Made by a program: the position numbers and the translations under genes. 64,000 nt of DNA, taken from contig CP064973.1 of NCBI GenBank assembly GCA_016699365.1, forward strand, positions 575,161-639,160, written 5' to 3'. The notes below the pieces were generated by a model that was given only the letters and a program-made list of their open reading frames with translations, was not told the origin of the DNA and did not search any database. This DNA comes from Candidatus Nomurabacteria bacterium. Lineage in GTDB: Bacteria > Patescibacteriota > Minisyncoccia > Phycocordibacterales > UBA9973. Shown in pieces: positions 20,058-29,069 of the stretch (positions within the stretch are counted from its first letter, which is position 1; each line of letters starts with the position of its first letter).

Positions 20058-20345
20058 CAAAGAAAAAAGGCTGTTCCGTAGAACAGCCTTCTAAAACTCC
20101 TATTTATAAGTCTCCGGATGGTGCCGGCAGATTTCTGCGAAATCTTCTCCAATTCCGCATACTTGGGACACCCGATACGTATCCCGCAACCTCAAGCAAG
20201 TGAGGACTTGCTTGATTTAGACTATTTCTCCGTTCGCTCGCCACTACTGGGAGATAAAGAGCTTTTTGTAAAGATAACACATAAATCTGGATAGTCAAAC
20301 AACCCTACCGCCTCGTATCCTCGAGGCGGTTTCTCCACCCAAAAT
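20058..20345 (-). ncRNA. 23S rRNA domain-I-like fragment with its own intrinsic terminator (rRNA-derived ncRNA or pseudogene)
   Basis: The minus strand reads ...UCUCCCAGUAGUGGCGAGCGAACGGAGA..., near-identical to the universal 23S segment CCCAGUAGCGGCGAGCGAACGGGGA. Flanking stretches resemble the adjacent 23S helices but other universal cores are diverged or missing. It ends in the hairpin AGGCUGUUC-UACG-GAACAGCCU plus UUUUUU, at 20058-20090 on the minus strand. Confidence 0.5.
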
Positions 20346-20389
20346 ACCATTGTTTTGAGAGGGGATTTGTGGGATGATAAATAAATATA

Positions 20390-23373
20390 ATGGATAAATA
20401 CATACAAAGCATATCTAAAAAATACTTAGATACTCAAACAAGTGAAATGGGATATCGTACGGATTTTGAAAATTTTCTCGAAACTATTTTTTCAAAAGAG
20501 CAAAAATACCATATTCATCATGATGCAAAAGCTGTGGGTGGAAATAAGCCTGATTTCGTTGTACTTAAAAACCAAATACCAGTTTTGTATATTGAAAATA
20601 AAGATATTGGTATTGATTTAGATAAAATAGAGAAGTCTAATCAGATGGATAGATATTTTGGATATGATAACCTTATTTTGACTGACCAAATAGAATTTAG
20701 ATTTTATCGAAACGGAGAAAAATATGATGAATCAATTAAAATCGCAACATACGATAAATCAAATAGAACGATTAATCCTATCCCAGAAAATTTTACACTT
20801 CTAGAAAAAACTATTATAGATTTCACTCTTTCTCACAAAGAACCAATTAAACGAGGGAAGCGTCTTGCTCAAATTATGGGTGGAAAAGCTCAACGCATTC
20901 GTGACAATGTTTGTGACATGCTTACTTCTAATAATGAAAAATATGCAGAACTTTTAAATATAAAAAAAGTAGTTACTGAAAATCTTGTTTCGAATTTAAA
21001 AGATGAAGACTTTGCTGATATGTACGCGCAAACCCTTGTATATGGACTTTTTGCGGCTCGGTATAATGATAAGACAAATGATACTTTTTCTCGTGCTGAA
21101 GCTCGAGATTTGGTTCCAAAAACAAACCCATTCCTACATTCTTTTTTTGATCACATCGCAGGAGCGTCTTTTCCTGATAGATTGCGGTTTATTGTAGACG
21201 AACTTTGCGAAGTTTTTTCTCATGCAGATATTCAAAAAATTCTTCATGATTTTTATGGAAAAGAAAAAGATAATAAAGATCCAATAATTCATTTTTATGA
21301 AGATTTCTTGAAAGAATATGATTCAAAAAAGAAGATGGAAATGGGAGTTTTTTATACTCCTCGTCAAGTTGTGAAGTTTATTGTGCGTTCTGTTGATGAA
21401 ATTTTGAAAAAAGAATTTGGTCTTGCTAAAGGTCTTGCTGACGCAGAGAAAATTAAAATAAATAAAAAAGAAATCTATCAAGCTCAAAAAAGAACAAAGG
21501 CTGAAGAAAAGAAAGATGGTTCAATAATAGAAGTTCAAAAAGAATATCACAAGGTACAGGTTTTGGATATAGCGACAGGAACAGGAACATTTTTAAACGA
21601 AGTTATTGAACATATTCACAAGAGCTTTATAGGTCAAGAAGGGCGTTGGGAGAGTTATGTTAAAGAAAACCTTTTACCTCGCCTTCACGGTTTTGAGCTT
21701 ATGATGGCTTCATACACAATTGCGCATTTAAAGCTTGGGATGACTTTATTTGATTCTGGGGTTACTAATTTAAACCAACGTTTGGGTGTTTATTTGACAA
21801 ATACACTCGATGAGCCAAAAGACTATTCAAATCAAGGTTCACTTTTTGGATTTATGGATGCTATTGCTGAAGAGTCAAAAAGTGCTTCAAGGGTAAAATC
21901 TGAATATCCAATAATGTGTGTAGTAGGAAATCCGCCGTATTCCATTAGTTCTAGCAACAAGGGTGAATATATTACTGACTTAATTAATGTATATAAAACA
22001 AAACTAAAAGAAAAAAATATACAACCAATTTCAGATGATTATATTAAATTTATTAGATTTGCTGAAAACCTAATAGAAAAAAATAACTCCGGAGTTGTTG
22101 CAATGATTACAAATAATTCTTTTATTGACGGGATTATTCATAGGCAAATGAGAAAACATTTACTCGAGACTTTTAATACCATTTACATACTTAATTTAAG
22201 TCCTAGGAATCATAAAGAAGATCAAAATGTTTTTGATATCAAACAAGGTGTTTCAATAAATATTTTTGTTAAAAACTCGAAAAAAGACAAAGTTTTAGGA
22301 GATGTTTTTTATGCAGAGATAGCTGCGAAAAGAGAAGAGAAGTTTCGGGTATTGGATGATAATAATATAAAGTATGAAAAGTTAGACTATTCAGATCCAT
22401 ATTATTTTTTTGTTCCAAAGGATTTCTCAAATATTAAGGAATACAGCAAAGGATTTATTTTATCGGACATTTTTATGCATCAAAATGCTGGATGTGCTAC
22501 TGGTAAAGATGATCTATTGGTAAATTTTAACAAAAAGATTTAACCGATAAATTAAACAATAAAAATATTATATTTGATGAATCTGATATCGTTGAATATA
22601 ATTATAGGATATTTGATAGAAGATACTTTGTGTATGATAATAAACTTATACAAAGGTTACGGGAAAAAATAATGAAGCATTTTAAAAATGATAATATTGG
22701 ATTAATTTCAACAAAAATATTATCAAGTGACTCATACAAACACTCTTTCTTAACTAACCTTGTGGGAGATAGATGTCTTATATCAAATAAGGGTAAAGAG
22801 GCAAATTATTATTTTCCTTTATATCTTTACACAGATCAAAATGAAAAAATACCAAACTTGAATAAAGAAATTTGGAATAAGATAAATGAATTAGTGGGGG
22901 AAACTAAACCAGAAAATATTTTGGATTATATTTATGCTGTCTTACATTCGTCTACATATCGTAACGAGTATAAAGAATTCTTAAAAATTGATTTTCCTAG
23001 AATTCCATATCCAGAAAACAAAGAAGAATTTTGGAAACTTGTTCCACTTGGCACAAAACTGCGTGATTTGCATCTTATGACTGCTCCAGAATGCAATAAA
23101 CTTATTACTACTTACGGTATTAAAGGCAGTGATACTGTTGAAAAAATTATATATAAAAATGAAAAGGTGTATATAAACGAAACTCAATACTTCGGGGGTG
23201 TCCCAGAAGTTGCATGGAATTTCTATATAGGAGGTTATCAACCCGCTCAAAAATGGTTAAAAGACCGAAAAGGACGAACTCTTACTAATTCTGATATTGA
23301 GCATTATCAGAAAATTATTGTAGTTTTGGTGGAGACAGATAAGATTATGAAGAAAATAGATCAGTTATTATAG
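20390..23373 (+). CDS. MmeI-like Type IIL restriction-modification enzyme (PD-ExK nuclease, gamma-class N6-adenine methyltransferase, target-recognition C-terminus), interrupted by an apparent -1 frameshift
   Basis: N-terminal nuclease motif KPDFVV...IENKD; methyltransferase motifs GVFYTPRQVV, LDIATGTGTF (motif I), VVGNPPYS (motif IV); C-terminal GGYQPAQKWLKDRKGR. The ORFs 20390-22543 and 22630-23373 fuse into about 965 aa if the A5 run at 22532-22536 is A6 (...NFNKKDLTDKLNNKNIIFDESD...). Confidence 0.75.
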
Positions 23374-23376
23374 AAT

Positions 23377-23955
23377 ATGTCTATGAATACTAAAGACAGT
23401 AAAATTGTATATGTGTTCATTGACGCATCCAATCTATGGCAGTCACAAAAAGTGAAAGGTAGGATGTTTGATTTTGAGAAATTAAAAATATTCTTAAAAG
23501 AAAAATTTAATGCTAAGGAGCTCCAGATATTTTACTATACCGCTTATCCGAAAGAAGGGACACGAGAACAAAGTCAAGATGGAAAACATAAATTTTACAC
23601 ATATCTTAAAAAGGGACTTGGTTTTATTGTGCGTAAAAAGGAATTAAAAAGAATTGTTCAGCATAGTGATTTGGGTGATTCAATACAGGAAAAAGGAAAT
23701 ATGGATGTTGAAATGACCATTGATGCGATTCATCATTGTAAAAAGTACGACTCCGCGGTTCTTTTTACGGGAGATTCTGATTTTCTCGCTTTAGTTAATT
23801 ACTTGAGAAACGGTGATAAAAAAGTATATATTTTTTCTTCAAAAAACAATGTGTCTCAAGAATTAAGAACAGGGAGTGACGGTTATTTTGATGTTTTAAA
23901 TATTAGTCAGGATATTTGGGGTAGAGATCTTAAATATAAGGAAAATAAGACCTAA
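23377..23955 (+). CDS. NYN-domain (PIN-like) nuclease
   Basis: IVYVFIDASNLW... and LFTGDSDF acidic-residue motifs characteristic of the NYN/LabA family; 192 aa. Confidence 0.7.
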   Translation: MSMNTKDSKIVYVFIDASNLWQSQKVKGRMFDFEKLKIFLKEKFNAKELQIFYYTAYPKEGTREQSQDGKHKFYTYLKKGLGFIVRKKELKRIVQHSDLGDSIQEKGNMDVEMTIDAIHHCKKYDSAVLFTGDSDFLALVNYLRNGDKKVYIFSSKNNVSQELRTGSDGYFDVLNISQDIWGRDLKYKENKT

Positions 23956-24075
23956 AAAACAAAGTAGCCCTCCTTTCGGAGGGCTACCCTTGGATGTAAT
24001 ACCCTTAAAGTTTATGGTAAACCTTAAGACAAACTGAGTATATCAAATCTATTCAAAAAGTCAAAGTTTTCCACA

Positions 24076-24150
24076 CCTTTACAAGAATGCCACTCGTGGC
24101 ATTCTTGTAAAGGGCTAGTGCAAAATGGGCTATGCCCATTTTGCACTAGC
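24076..24150. repeat. two abutting perfect palindromic hairpins (17-bp stems)
   Basis: CCTTTACAAGAATGCCA-CTCG-TGGCATTCTTGTAAAGG at 24076-24113, then GCTAGTGCAAAATGGGC-TAT-GCCCATTTTGCACTAGC at 24114-24150; GC-rich, with no T-run on either side. Confidence 0.6.
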
Positions 24151-24160
24151 GGAGTTGAGA

Positions 24161-24185
24161 TTGTCAATATTGACAAAATAGTCAA
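24161..24185. promoter_or_regulatory. overlapping inverted repeats, operator-like
   Basis: Perfect 16-nt palindrome TTGTCAATATTGACAA at 24161-24176, overlapping TTGAC-N6-GTCAA at 24170-24185; lies about 100 nt upstream of the DUF1801 gene pair. Confidence 0.4.
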
Positions 24186-24284
24186 ATATCCACAAAATAA
24201 TTTTGAAAAATTAAACTTGAACGATCTGTTAGAAGCTTTAGAGATTATCATTAGATATATTATATCACAGAATAAAAAATAAAT

Positions 24285-24701
24285 ATGCAAAAAGTAATTC
24301 AGAAAATAAATATTGATACTCGTAAATATAACAAAGCACTACCATTACGTGACAAAAGAATTTGTAATGTTTTAGCTTTAATCATAATGGCCAATTTACC
24401 TAAAGCCGAGAACAAGATATGGCATGGGGCGCCGGTATGGTTTCTCGATGGCAATCCTATTGTTGGATACGACAAGTTGAAAGATTGTGTGAGACTGCTT
24501 TTCTGGAGCGGACAGGGGTTTGGTGAGAAAGATTTGCAAAAAAGTGGAAGTTTCAAGGCTTCTGAAATCAGATATACAGATGTATCAGAGATCAATGAAA
24601 AAGATCTCAAGCGCTGGCTCAAAAAGGCCAAGGAGATACAGTGGGACTATAAAAACATTGTGAAAAGAAAAGGAGTTTTGAAGAAACTGAAATTTAAATA
24701 A
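24285..24701 (+). CDS. DUF1801 (YdhG/YdeI-like) domain protein
   Basis: 138 aa; ...HGAPVWFLDGNPIVGY...KDCVRLLFW... matches the DUF1801 pattern as I recall it. Confidence 0.55.
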   Translation: MQKVIQKINIDTRKYNKALPLRDKRICNVLALIIMANLPKAENKIWHGAPVWFLDGNPIVGYDKLKDCVRLLFWSGQGFGEKDLQKSGSFKASEIRYTDVSEINEKDLKRWLKKAKEIQWDYKNIVKRKGVLKKLKFK

Positions 24702-24707
24702 TAATTT

Positions 24708-25067
24708 ATGAAATCATACAAAAATATAACTGAATATATAAAAGATATTCCAAAAGAGCACCGAGGCTATGTTAAAACCTTGCGGAAACTTGCAAAGAAG
24801 CTTGTGCCAAAAGGCGAGGAAGCTATCCGTTATGGTATGCCGACTATGCAGATCGATGGCAAGAATTTGCTCCACTACGCAGCCATGAAAGCCCACTTTG
24901 GGTTCTATCCTGCACCATCAGGGATCATCGCATTCAAAAGCGAGCTCGATAAAGCAGGTATAGAGTATTCCAAGGGTTGCATCAGATTCCCGTACAACAA
25001 ACCACTGCCAGTCTCGCTCATAACCAAGATTATTAAGTTCCGCTTGAAAGAAGAGAAAAGTAGATAA
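24708..25067 (+). CDS. DUF1801 (YdhG-like) domain protein, paralogue of the preceding gene
   Basis: 119 aa; ...YGMPTMQIDGKNLLHYAAMKAHFGFYP... Confidence 0.55.
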   Translation: MKSYKNITEYIKDIPKEHRGYVKTLRKLAKKLVPKGEEAIRYGMPTMQIDGKNLLHYAAMKAHFGFYPAPSGIIAFKSELDKAGIEYSKGCIRFPYNKPLPVSLITKIIKFRLKEEKSR

Positions 25068-25069
25068 CA

Positions 25070-25101
25070 AAACCCCGGCGAGGATACGCCGGGTTTTTGT
25101 T
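25070..25101 (+). terminator. rho-independent terminator
   Basis: CCCGGC-GAGGATAC-GCCGGG followed by TTTTTGTTTG. Confidence 0.65.
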
Positions 25102-25152
25102 TGCTTGATATCATTTTTAGGTATGCTAATATCACAAAAAACAAAAGTTCTT

Positions 25153-25527
25153 ATGGGAATGAACATATTTTCATTTTTGAAAAATAAAACACAAAAAGCT
25201 CCAAAAGAAGTCGTTTGTGTAAGATGTAGTAAAAATATATCACCGTACAAAAACTGCTGTATCTTGGGATATGACAACAGGAGTAGTTCTGGTGTCTCGT
25301 CAAAAGATATTGAAGTCATATGCTATATGTGCACAAGTCACTTAGGCTTTGAGCCAAATGCCGTATCTGGGATAGGTGGCGTCGTTCCGACGATCTTCTG
25401 GACAACAGAAGAGGTCAATAAAATCAGAGAATTAGGAGCAAGGATTCATTTAGAAAATAAAACGAGAAAAGAGAGAAAAAGACAAAACAGAAGAAAAAAT
25501 AAAATAAAAAGAAAACGCCGTGTATAG
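25153..25527 (+). CDS. hypothetical protein with Cys residues and a poly-basic C-terminus
   Basis: Start at MGMNIFSF (the track ATG at 25105 abuts the terminator); C-terminus KTRKERKRQNRRKNKIKRKRRV. Confidence 0.4.
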   Translation: MGMNIFSFLKNKTQKAPKEVVCVRCSKNISPYKNCCILGYDNRSSSGVSSKDIEVICYMCTSHLGFEPNAVSGIGGVVPTIFWTTEEVNKIRELGARIHLENKTRKERKRQNRRKNKIKRKRRV

Positions 25528-25562
25528 CGGTGTTTTATTTTTGTAAATGTTAAAATAGACAC

Positions 25563-25823
25563 ATGAAATACATAATCGACGTTCGCACAAAAGAAGAATT
25601 TGAAGAAGGAGCTGTCGCTGGAGCGATGAACTTTGACCTTGCAGATATGATGGAGGGTAAGATACCAGAATTACCGAAAGATGCAGAGATCGGACTGTAT
25701 TGCCGTAGTGGTGGTAGATCAGGCAGAGCAAAGGACATACTCGAGCAAGAGGGCTTCACCAATGTTACAAATCTCGGCGGGCTAGAGGATGCAAAAGAAT
25801 ACTTGAGTCAAACTTTGGTATAA
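25563..25823 (+). CDS. single-domain rhodanese (sulfurtransferase)
   Basis: 86 aa; active-site loop CRSGGRS. Confidence 0.8.
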   Translation: MKYIIDVRTKEEFEEGAVAGAMNFDLADMMEGKIPELPKDAEIGLYCRSGGRSGRAKDILEQEGFTNVTNLGGLEDAKEYLSQTLV

Positions 25824-25830
25824 TGCATAT

Positions 25831-26226
25831 ATGAAAAACTTCACATCGTATTCTGAGCTGTTGAAACCCTCTTGGGCACCGCCATCTTGGATATTTGGCC
25901 CTGTATGGACTTTTCTGTATGTATTGATCGCAATATCTTTTGGAAATGTGTTTTACAAGCTAGTAACCAAACAAATTCCTTTTATTGTGGCATTGCCTTT
26001 TATTTTGAACTTGGTTTTCAATTTTTCATTTACATATTTCCAATTTGGGCTCAAGAACAATACCCTCGCGGCGATAGACATATTGCTCGTGCTCGGAACG
26101 CTCGTATGGGCGATGGTTGCTATATTTCCGCACGCTCGCTGGATCACTTACATCCAGATCCCATATCTACTATGGGTTACTTTTGCAACAGTACTCCAGC
26201 TCACTATTACTTTTATAAACAGATAA
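25831..26226 (+). CDS. tspO: TspO/MBR family tryptophan-rich sensory protein
   Basis: PPSWIFGPVWTFLYVLIA signature; five TM helices; 131 aa. Confidence 0.85.
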   Translation: MKNFTSYSELLKPSWAPPSWIFGPVWTFLYVLIAISFGNVFYKLVTKQIPFIVALPFILNLVFNFSFTYFQFGLKNNTLAAIDILLVLGTLVWAMVAIFPHARWITYIQIPYLLWVTFATVLQLTITFINR

Positions 26227-26277
26227 ATATTACTCGAGTATTTTGAATAAAATAAAATAACCCTTTCGGGTTATTGG

Positions 26278-26913
26278 TTATTGAAATAGTTCTCTGATCA
26301 AATTAAAGAAACCTTTTTTCTTTTGTTCTGATCCTGATTTCTTTTCCTTTGGTTTGAATTTACGCTCTTTAATAATCGAGTCGTGTACAAACTCTATTTC
26401 TTCGTCTGACAAGTATCCGTATCTCAGTGCGAGTCCTGGAAAAAGATTGCTATGATTTCTCCTTGCTCTTACAAAGTTGGCCGAGAAGCCAAGTGCCATA
26501 GCCGTGACATCCACAGCTTTCTCTATGTGTTTTATATCTTTGTAATTGTGATAGTACAAATATATATGAGAGAGCTCGTGGCTTATAGTAGTTACGAATA
26601 CATCAAAGTCTAAAGTTATGGTATTGGATATCTCTATGATAAACACGTGATCAAGGAGCTTATTTTTTCCTTCAATAAATATTAAAGGTACGAGTACATG
26701 CGCCGGCTTGTTCAGGTCTTTTTTAGAGACAACCTTTATCTTGTGGGGGATTTGCATAACATTTTTGATCTCCTGTATTGCCCACGCATACTCCCTCTGT
26801 TTAAAGAAAATTTCGGCAGTTTTGAGACTTACGGGTTTCTTGGTTACGTTTTGTAAAGTATAAAGGTACTTCATGATTTCGTTCATGGAAAGAATATTTT
26901 TACTATTGTACAA
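26278..26913 (-). CDS. putative zinc metallopeptidase (HExxH)
   Basis: 211 aa; ISHELSHIYLYYHN contains HExxH; lysine-rich C-terminus. Confidence 0.45.
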   Translation of the reverse strand: MYNSKNILSMNEIMKYLYTLQNVTKKPVSLKTAEIFFKQREYAWAIQEIKNVMQIPHKIKVVSKKDLNKPAHVLVPLIFIEGKNKLLDHVFIIEISNTITLDFDVFVTTISHELSHIYLYYHNYKDIKHIEKAVDVTAMALGFSANFVRARRNHSNLFPGLALRYGYLSDEEIEFVHDSIIKERKFKPKEKKSGSEQKKKGFFNLIRELFQ

Positions 26914-26975
26914 TAAATTATAAATATAGTCAATTATTAATAATAAACGGTAAGTTTCCTTGAGCCATATTATTT

Positions 26976-27425
26976 ATGGGTGTAAAATATAGTTATATGA
27001 AAAACATTTTTACAAAAGTATTCTCTATTACTACTCTTCGTTTGTTGATGGGTTTTATTTTTCTTTGGGCTTTTTTAGACAAGACTTTCGGCCTAGGTTT
27101 TGCTACGACCGCTGACAAAGCTTGGATTTTAGGAGGAAGTCCGACAAGCGGATTCCTAACACATGCAGTTGTTGGTCCTTTCGCTACATTTTTCAATAGC
27201 CTAGCGGGAATTGCGCTAGTAGACTGGTTGTTCATGTTGGGACTTCTTTTTGTTGGAGTAACCCTTATCTTAAATAGATATGTTAAATGGGGAGCGCTTG
27301 CTGGTATAATGATGCTAATACTTATGTACTTAGCACTACTTTTCCCCGAGAACAATCCTTTTGTCGATGATCACATCGTATATGCTGTACTACTCGGGTA
27401 TATTGCAATTCATTCAAGAAAATAG
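26976..27425 (+). CDS. DoxX-family membrane protein
   Basis: RLLMGFIFLWAFLDK N-terminal DoxX motif; four TM helices. Confidence 0.7.
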   Translation: MGVKYSYMKNIFTKVFSITTLRLLMGFIFLWAFLDKTFGLGFATTADKAWILGGSPTSGFLTHAVVGPFATFFNSLAGIALVDWLFMLGLLFVGVTLILNRYVKWGALAGIMMLILMYLALLFPENNPFVDDHIVYAVLLGYIAIHSRK

Positions 27426-27501
27426 AAGTTCAACAAAAAACACATAAATAAAATTATGCGTTTTTTGTTGATTAGTTTTAAAATAAGGATATAGTGTTTT
27501 T

Positions 27502-27780
27502 ATGAAAAAGAATTTTACAATCAAAACAAAAGTTTGGCGCTGGCCGGGTGACGGAGGGTGGCACTTTGTTACTTTGGATAAAAAACTATCTCAAGATATA
27601 CGTAAAGTTTTTACAAAAGGATTCGTTAAAATCCGCGCAGAGATTGGCGACAGTGCTTGGGATACTTCGCTTTTTCCTCACAAAGAATCTGGATATTTAC
27701 TTTGCATAAATAAGAAAATCCGCTCCAAGGAGGGGATTTTCGAAGGAGACGATGTGAATATAAAAGTAAAAATACTCTAA
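27502..27780 (+). CDS. DUF1905 domain protein
   Basis: 92 aa; VWRWPGDGGWHFVTL is the hallmark of DUF1905 as I recall it. Confidence 0.65.
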   Translation: MKKNFTIKTKVWRWPGDGGWHFVTLDKKLSQDIRKVFTKGFVKIRAEIGDSAWDTSLFPHKESGYLLCINKKIRSKEGIFEGDDVNIKVKIL

Positions 27781-28034
27781 GCTTTTTTTAGAAATTCTGT
27801 TTTTAGAACAATACCTTTCATGCCGTCTACACTACACTCTATTTCGTTTGGTTCATCAGTTAGGCGAATACTTTTAACTTTTGTGCCTTTCTTTATGACA
27901 ATCGAACTACCTTTTAATTTTAAGTCTTTGATCAAGATTACAGAATCTCCGTGTGCGAGAGTGTTTCCGTTGCTGTCTTTTGTCTCAACCAAATCTTCTA
28001 TTTCATCTTCTTCTGTGTTGTTTGTGTTGTTCAT
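27777..28034 (-). CDS. PhnA-like protein (C-terminal PhnA/YjdC domain only)
   Basis: Start at MNNTNNTEED (the track ORF extends upstream without support); ...DSNGNTLAHGDSVILIKDLKLKGSSIVIKKGTKVKSIRLTD...GIVLKTEFLKK matches the PhnA C-terminal domain. Confidence 0.7.
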   Translation of the reverse strand: MNNTNNTEEDEIEDLVETKDSNGNTLAHGDSVILIKDLKLKGSSIVIKKGTKVKSIRLTDEPNEIECSVDGMKGIVLKTEFLKKA

Positions 28035-28083
28035 AACAATGATTGTATACCGGATTTTGTAAAAATGGTAGAATGCGATATCT

Positions 28084-28314
28084 ATGCAAGAACACCCAAA
28101 CAATCCATTGCAAGGCAAGACGCTTGAGTTCATACTCACGTTTTTAGTTGAGCAATATGGCTGGGAAGAGCTCGGCAGCCAGATCAATATCAATTGTTTT
28201 ATAAATGACCCAAGTATCAAGTCTAGTCTTACTTTTTTACGCAGAACTCCTTGGGCCAGAAAAAAGGTTGAGGATTTGTATATTTACACCGCGAAGAAAA
28301 TGAACATAAAGTAA
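28084..28314 (+). CDS. VF530-family (DUF2132) small protein
   Basis: ...[60 protein letters not shown] matches this family consensus. Confidence 0.65.
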   Translation: MQEHPNNPLQGKTLEFILTFLVEQYGWEELGSQININCFINDPSIKSSLTFLRRTPWARKKVEDLYIYTAKKMNIK

Positions 28315-28322
28315 ATCTGATT

Positions 28323-28829
28323 ATGCCTACTATTTTGGACTCAAGAGAGAAAAAGTTTTTTGCTATTAGAAAAACACGCAATGGAAAAGGTGTTTTTACA
28401 CGTATTGGTTTCGGAGAAGGAAAAAGATTGTTCGAAGTAAAAGGTAGATTTGTGACCTGCGATGAAGATGATGATATGGATGAAACAGAAAGGTCAAATG
28501 CATACCGATTCGACAGAGACCTTTTTATTAGCCCAAAAGACAGATTGGCTGATATGGTCAATCACTCGTGTACGCCAAACGCCAAAGTTGTTAAAGATAA
28601 CGACAAGCTCTATGTATATTCAATCAGTGAGATATTAAAATGGAGTGAGGTTTTTATTGACTATTCGACGATCATAGCCAAGGATGATATTTGGACGATG
28701 AAATGTAACTGTGGAAGTGATAAATGCAGAAAGATTGTAAAGAATTTTGCAAAATTATCCAAAAAAACCCAAGATATATACAAGAAAAACAAAATTGTTC
28801 CGGATTTCATTTTAAAAATAAGAGGGTAG
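28323..28829 (+). CDS. SET-domain protein (putative protein-lysine methyltransferase)
   Basis: NHSCTPN (the NHSCxPN SET signature), ...FIDY..., and a post-SET Cys cluster CNCGSDKC. Confidence 0.8.
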   Translation: MPTILDSREKKFFAIRKTRNGKGVFTRIGFGEGKRLFEVKGRFVTCDEDDDMDETERSNAYRFDRDLFISPKDRLADMVNHSCTPNAKVVKDNDKLYVYSISEILKWSEVFIDYSTIIAKDDIWTMKCNCGSDKCRKIVKNFAKLSKKTQDIYKKNKIVPDFILKIRG

Positions 28830-28870
28830 TATGCTGTACTATTTATCAAAATTAGTTTAATATTGGGGAT

Positions 28871-29008
28871 ATGGCAAAAAGAACAAGTCAGGATATCAAG
28901 CCTCAAAATCATCACCCTCGCAAGACAAAGAAGCGTCTTGCTGCAAAGAAGGCGATGCTTGCGGCTCGAAAGCCTAAGTTAAATCGAAAAAGCAAGAGAA
29001 GAAAGTAA
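28871..29008 (+). CDS. small Lys/Arg-rich peptide (45 aa), histone-H1-tail-like
   Basis: MAKRTSQDIKPQNHHPRKTKKRLAAKKAMLAARKPKLNRKSKRRK; followed by the terminator AACCG-GAG-CGGTT plus TTTTTGTTT; below the ORF cutoff. Confidence 0.4.
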   Translation: MAKRTSQDIKPQNHHPRKTKKRLAAKKAMLAARKPKLNRKSKRRK

Positions 29009-29069
29009 ATTCTCGCAAAAACCCTCATAACCGGAGCGGTTTTTTGTTTGATGGATTAGTAAAGCAAGA

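Noticed and set aside
20104-20407. Minus-strand ORFs 20104-20298 and 20222-20407
   Set aside because: They overlap the 23S-like RNA segment and its terminator, and their translations are Arg/Ser-rich noise typical of rRNA read as protein.
24024-24290. 88-aa minus-strand ORF
   Set aside because: It runs straight through the two perfect 17-bp palindromes; there is no RBS context and the sequence is low-complexity. More likely non-coding.
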